DNA of 63,502 bases, filler included, from Bigelowiella natans CCMP2755 (taxonomy: Eukaryota; Protista; Cercozoa), in NCBI GenBank assembly GCA_000320545.1. It is 6 parts of 6 records of this genome, joined end to end, with 100 filler letters (N's around TTAATTAATTAA, not from the genome) between each part and the next. Parts side by side here need not be neighbours in the genome. Positions count along the whole stretch, not along the records: positions 50,115 to 58,023 come from ADNK01000335.1; positions 58,124 to 60,626 come from ADNK01001362.1; positions 60,727 to 63,502 come from ADNK01003667.1; 3 more parts are not named here. One strand, written 5' to 3'. A program made the position numbers and the translations under genes. Shown here piece by piece: positions 57,776 through 63,502 of the stretch. Below the pieces are notes generated by a model. That model ran no database searches, was not told the origin of the DNA, and saw only the letters and a list, made by a program, of their open reading frames with translations. Position 1 is the stretch's first letter. Every line of letters starts with the position of its first letter.

Positions 57776-58283
57776 GGGTGGGGTGTGGTAGTAGCAGCAA
57801 AATCTACCGATGTTTTATGCAAACCTAGCGTGAGCGCGTGACGGTGGTGGTTGGCGAGATGATTGAAAATGCGGCTTCGTGTGCCGATTTCATTGCGAAT
57901 TGTTGCGTTTGTTTGCATATCTAATCGAATCTTAAGCTCTCCCCCCCCCCCCCACTAACCCTTCGGAATATCGTTATGATCTCTGATAATATGCGCGCAC
58001 ATACTGATTGGTATCCCCCCCCCNNNNNNNNNNNNNNNNNNNNNNNNNNNNNNNNNNNNNNNNNNNNTTAATTAATTAANNNNNNNNNNNNNNNNNNNNN
58101 NNNNNNNNNNNNNNNNNNNNNNNTCACTGGGGTTCTATTCCAAGATGCCCCCGAAGGAATCATATCCGGGGGTTGGAGAGGGAGAGGGATATCCGGACCC
58201 CTCCCTTTTTCTTCGGAACGCCCCCACCCGCAAACGGGGATGAAACCCACCGAGATAGGTAGAGCCACACCCTCAGGTCCCCG

Positions 58284-58328
<45 letters not shown>

Positions 58329-58459
58329 TAATCAATTTTATTTTTTTTTTTTCTCCCCCTTTTTTTTTTTTTTTTTTTTCCCCCCCCCCCCCCCCCTAAT
58401 CTACGCGTGTGGTTGCGCTGCTATATGAATCACACTCCGTGAAGAAAGAAGTTGCGGAA

Positions 58460-58534
58460 AAATGACTCCTGACCCCTGTCGCAACGTGCCCTGCTTTCAC
58501 GCTGTGGATGCCTAATCGTGGAGATCATATATGC

Positions 58535-58577
<43 letters not shown>

Positions 58578-60378
58578 TTTAATACATTCACTCATTCAGA
58601 GATATGAGCATGAGAGACCTATAGGCGACGACACCAGCGACCTCCGAGCGATGACAACGATTCTTGGCAAGAAAATAAACGGAAAACATTGCAAGATTGG
58701 GCAAATTATTCGCTGTTTCACCCAGAAAAGAGAACTAACAGCGAAAGCCAACGTTCCGCGTCGCCACACAATGTACGCACGCACCTGATCTCCCACATCG
58801 ACATTGCCTTTACCACCGTGTACTGCGCGCGGCCAAGATGCGACACCTTTCATAACGGGCCGATTATATCTTGTTATTGTACATCAGACGACGGGGAGGG
58901 GACGACGTCTGACGGTTTTTCGAGGGGGGTGAGGAGACGGAGAGAAGAGAACACGCGAAACGCAAGAAACCAACCAGGCAGAAGCAAACGTCCTCCTCAC
59001 ACCGTGAAAAACCTGTTTTTTTTTTATATAAACAACAAAGAAGGCTTTTTCAGAAGCCAATTGTGATCAATAATCGAACAATCCGCTCTGACCTCTCCCC
59101 TCCCCCGTGCGAAAGAAAGGCACACCACACCCATCTATTCGATGAACCCATCCGCATCATTATTGCTGCTGCACAGAATTACCTTTCCGATGGGGGTAAT
59201 GGCACTCCTGCAGCGCGATGGCGTAAATGTCGTACCCCTTCGGCAGCCAATGGAACGGAGGGTGCTACATATAAATAAAACAAACAAATTGATGGAAAAG
59301 AAGAGGGTTGAGGGGAGGGGAAATCCGCCCCTCCAAAACGAGCGTTTTCGTCGCAATTCGCCACGCAATGGATGAGACTAGGCATGCGCCAGAGAAAACG
59401 CAACCTAACAATGTACAAAAGTATGCAATAAAAAAGCCAACAGTACTTGCGGCGTGAAGGCTCCGGTGCCCGTGTCCCCTCCGAGCCCCCCTCCCCCCTC
59501 GCCCTCGCCACTGCCCCCGCTGTTCTTATCGGCACTGTCCTGGAGATGATACGTGTAGTCTCAGAGGGGTGAAAAGCTCTTTTCGGATTATGTAACAGAT
59601 CGAAGGCAGCTGACTCAAAACTGGCCCTGTACGAACCAACATGCACGCACGCGGCAGAAGTACACGTACCAGGCTAGTTTTCGCAGGAGGAAGAGGACTG
59701 TTTCTCAAGCCAACCTCCTCCTCCTCTCCCCCCCCCCCCCCCCCCTCCTCTCCCTAGCAACGGCCGAAAGTCCCCCTCTCCCAAACAACTATTGGGAAAA
59801 ACCTTAGCTCTTCGCTCGTAGGGATGCAGCAAGAACCAGCGCAAGCTGTCCACCCACCGCTGCTTCATCTCAGCGCTCTCCGCTCTAAACCTCCATTGCC
59901 GCTGCGTGGTGAGAAGCTCAAACTGCCTGTCGCGCTCGCATTCGCCTCCGTCAACGGTGGAGTTGCGGAGCGGGATTACGCCCTCCCCCCCCTTCGCGCC
60001 CTTCCTCTTCCCGTAGCGCAGCTCGAAGCAGCCGAGGGCGGAGGACCACGTGACGGCGATGTAGCGCGATTTGTAAGCAGTGTTGATGATGCCGCGCTTC
60101 TCCAGCTTTCCCTCGGTCAGAATCCCCTCAGGAATGGCGGGGCGCTGCACGTCGAGATGCTGCCCGCCGCTCAGCGAGCGCGCGCTGTCGCCGCCCCCCG
60201 CGCCATCGCCTTTGCCGTCGTCCGAGCCCTTCCCCTCCCCGCTCTCTTCCAGCGACGTGACGTCTACCGCCGAGGACCATTTGTGGGGGGAGGGGAAGGA
60301 GAGATCCTTGCCACTGTTCAACGTGCTGCTGGGCGCATTACTGTCCGGCGCGGTCTGGTAGAGCGGCTCGCGCGCCAT
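58460..60378 (-). CDS. PH-domain inositol polyphosphate 5-phosphatase (N-terminal part)
   Basis: PH domain EGKLEKRG..YKSRY..FRAESAEMKQRWVDSL. Later exons WLPKGYDIYAIALQEC, YTVVKAMSMWEIRIVVIAR and VKAGHVATG match the 5-phosphatase catalytic domain. Confidence 0.8.
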
Positions 60379-60937
60379 GTTGTATGTTGTGCAGAGGAGC
60401 CGAATCTATGGAGGGATGATGCGGGTGATGAGTGGAGGAGAGAGAAAGGAGAGAACGGGGGAAGGGGGGGGGGATGGAGAACACGATGCATGGCTGTGAG
60501 AGACTCGAGCCACGAGCGAAAAACATTGAGCGGCACGTGAAACTTAGTTGGCCGTCGTCGTCCCTAGTTTGGCTTTGAAGGATTTGCTTGCTATTAGCTG
60601 AGAAATAGAGAGAGAGAGAGAGAGAGNNNNNNNNNNNNNNNNNNNNNNNNNNNNNNNNNNNNNNNNNNNNTTAATTAATTAANNNNNNNNNNNNNNNNNN
60701 NNNNNNNNNNNNNNNNNNNNNNNNNNGAGAGAGAGAGAGAGAGAAAGAAGAGAGACTGATTTCTTCAAAGAACGATCGTTGCATGCACTGCTTGTACATC
60801 GCTGCACTCATAGTTATAGTTACTCCATTCGTCGATGTTAAAGCATCATATTTCTTCGTGTGTTGTCATATGTTGCTTGTGCTGATAAGTCTCCACTTCC
60901 TCATTTATGTGCTACTGCTACTGCTACTACATATCCA

Positions 60938-61034
60938 GACTCCGCCGCCAACGTCTATCGAAATACCAACGCACGTAGACATTAACAATAAGCAACTTGG
61001 TGAGGTTCAAAAATAACAGATGTGTTATCTTGAA

Positions 61035-61073
<39 letters not shown>

Positions 61074-62201
61074 TGGGTTAAGAGATCCTTGTTGTGATGA
61101 GGAGGACAGTAGAACTAAGAGAATGTTACGATGACTACTCGTTAAACAAATATGAAAATTACCCAATCAGAACGTGATTGTTGTGTGTGACAAACCTTGT
61201 TATGAATCATAATCATGGATGGTGCTGTATTATATTGATAGGATTTGGAGAAGGACAAACCGCAGACGGACTTGCCCTTAGTACTACTACTACTACTACT
61301 ACTACTACGACTACTACTTCTACCTCTCACCACAATACAAACAATATTTTTGCCTCTGTGCTTCTGCATTTTGCCAGTAATCATGAGATTGCTGCATTAA
61401 AAAGAATATGAGAAGAAGTTATAAATATCTTCCCACTACTAAGATGTAGTATTTCTTCGTCAGTCGTGATCATCATGGTCATCGTCTCTATACGGTGGTG
61501 GTGACCTTATTCTCTCCCTAAACAAACCGTGCACACAAACAACCTTTTTCTTATGATTAGGTGTGATAAGGACGGATAAAGAAGAATTAGACCTCGATTT
61601 CAGTTATGAAAAAATCAAGGCACAGGTGTGGAGAGAGCGATGCTGCTGCTGCACACATGAATCGATTGATGAATGATGTTTTCCTCCTCAGCCAGTATCA
61701 ACAAAACACAAGTCGCTAGTACTCAGATAGCTACTCTGTCTTTGTTTATATGTCAACGATGATGATGATGTTCGATGTGCATGATTCTTCCTTCGTTTAT
61801 TCCTCGTTTTTCCCTTTTAATTTTTGTGTTTGTTTGTCCTCCTCCTCCTCCTCCTCCTCCTCCTCCTCCTCCTCCTTTATGCGTTCCGAAAAGATTCAAA
61901 TCGGAGTTAAACAGTTTGCCAATGCCCTTCCACTTCAAGACATCAGCACTCAATGGCCCTCCATTGAGTACGGACGAGAGATGATGAAACTTGCTGCTGG
62001 AGAGGATCTCCCAAAAGAATTGACTCACTGGTGGGATATGTCGACAACCACCTTACACGTCAACCTTATACGCAAGCATGCACGCAAAATGAAAAAGAAG
62101 AAGATGATTATGGTGATGAGGAGGAGGAGGAGAAGCGATCGATGCATTCCCGAAATTTAAAGCAATAAAAATCATCGCATTTATATAAATATTATAATAT
62201 G

Positions 62202-62247
<46 letters not shown>

Positions 62248-63255
62248 GGGATGAGATGGAATCTGATGAAGCTATATCTCGTATCTGTTTTGCGGGGTGG
62301 GTGATGCAAGCTGAGTAGTAGCACTTATAATATAGACTACAGTCGCCATCCATCATTAAATGGAACAAGCATCGTTGCATTATAACTCACTTTCCCGTTT
62401 TAAGCCGAAGCAATAGCAGCAGCCTCCTCTTCTTCTTCTTTGCTTTAACATCATTGTGATAAATGCGGCAGGTTTGCAGCTCATCGTATAGATTTTTGTG
62501 GGAATGACAGATTTGGAAAGCCAGTGGGTGGAACTGACTGCCCAAAGGTTTGCTTCAACGTTGTAGTAATAGCTCGATTATGTATATAGTACGTGTGCAG
62601 TACTACTACGGCATTACACTCGTTAGCACTTTGAGGCAAGAGGATGGTGGTGATATGATGATGATGATGATGATGATGATGATATTGATGACGATGCGCC
62701 TAATGGTTGTTGCACAGGGTGCCAAATTTGTTGTGGATGTGACATTTTTGTCCGGCTTGGAAGTGAGATCGCCCTTTGAACGCTACGGAGCTGCTGCTTT
62801 CTTCGATGAAAATCAGAAGCTTGTTTCCATATATTGGTCTCAAAAGCAGCGTCTAGTGCTGCCAGATGAGAAGGATTGGGCACACGTTAAGTGGGCTTTT
62901 AAGGTAGTGATGCTGTTGTTGTTGTTTGAATAGCTATTGCTGTAGATAAGCGCACGTGTAGTGATGCAGTGTTGGTTAATGTTAGTAGACACAATGATGA
63001 TTGATGATGGCGATGTATACATTATTCTCATCATTATAATGCCTATATCCTGAGTATTTCTGCAGGACGAATGTATCATCGTAAAGTTGCTATTGATTCG
63101 TTTATTCATCCATTATATAATGGCTAGCTTCCCTGATTTCCTTTCATCATCAACATCATCATCATTAGTGTTCGTTGTTGTTGGGGCTCACTGCGGTCGA
63201 TCACCTCGTTGGTGTGCATTTGATGGTAGCTAACTTCGTTACACAAGCTTCCAAG
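60938..63255 (+). CDS. Lipoxygenase-like protein (partial)
   Basis: ESDEAISRICFAG; ERYGAAAFFD..DWAHVKWAFK|CSLLLGLTAVDHLVGVHLMVANFVTQAS. The H-x4-H metal-ligand helix follows the WxxxK motif typical of LOX domains. Confidence 0.6.
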
Positions 63256-63502
63256 TAATAATAGAATTTGTTTCTTTGAGATTAGTAGTTTTATTTGCCT
63301 GTGGAAAACAAAAGGAACAAGAATACTGCACTCATCATTCAACGATAATAAAGTAGTAATAATTTGCTCACGAAGTTCCCTCATCATCATCATCATCATC
63401 ATCAACAACAACAACAACAACACTAACAACAACAGGCCTGTGGTCCATCTCATGTTGATTGTTGTTGTTGTTGTTGTTGTTGTTGTTTCGAAAGGAGCGT
63501 GT

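Noticed and set aside
59824-60540. 238-aa plus-strand ORF
   Set aside because: Antisense shadow of the GC-rich PH-domain exon.

Overview
Eukaryotic nuclear DNA, gene-dense, with canonical GT-AG introns that are often filled with microsatellites. Five N-gaps each carry an artificial TTAATTAATTAA spacer. Several genes have signal-peptide plus transit-peptide-like leaders, which points to an alga with a complex plastid; a chlorarachniophyte is my inference. Spliced genes I could reconstruct by hand: NAD-glutamate dehydrogenase, two multi-TM membrane proteins, a heliorhodopsin, a GyrI/TEX264-like protein, a possible FIST protein, a PPR protein, a MAPKK, a Bet1-like SNARE, a divergent eIF2-gamma-like GTPase, an ABC1K kinase, importin-alpha, a PH-domain inositol 5-phosphatase and a lipoxygenase-like protein. 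The strongest unexplained signal is a ~3 kb transposon-derived block (about 14800-17850) from which TpA has been almost erased by directional TA->TG/CA (A->G) change, with CTAG spared. Direction is supported by comparison with a nearby less-mutated copy and by Tyr->His/Cys at conserved LINE positions. Related TA-altered, CTAG-rich patches sit downstream of gene 3' ends. Together these suggest an adenine-directed, RIP-like genome-defence or hypermutation system. The second highlight is an importin-alpha with a bipartite leader ending in LRGG, a candidate for periplastid/nucleomorph targeting. All exon structures and counts are manual and approximate.
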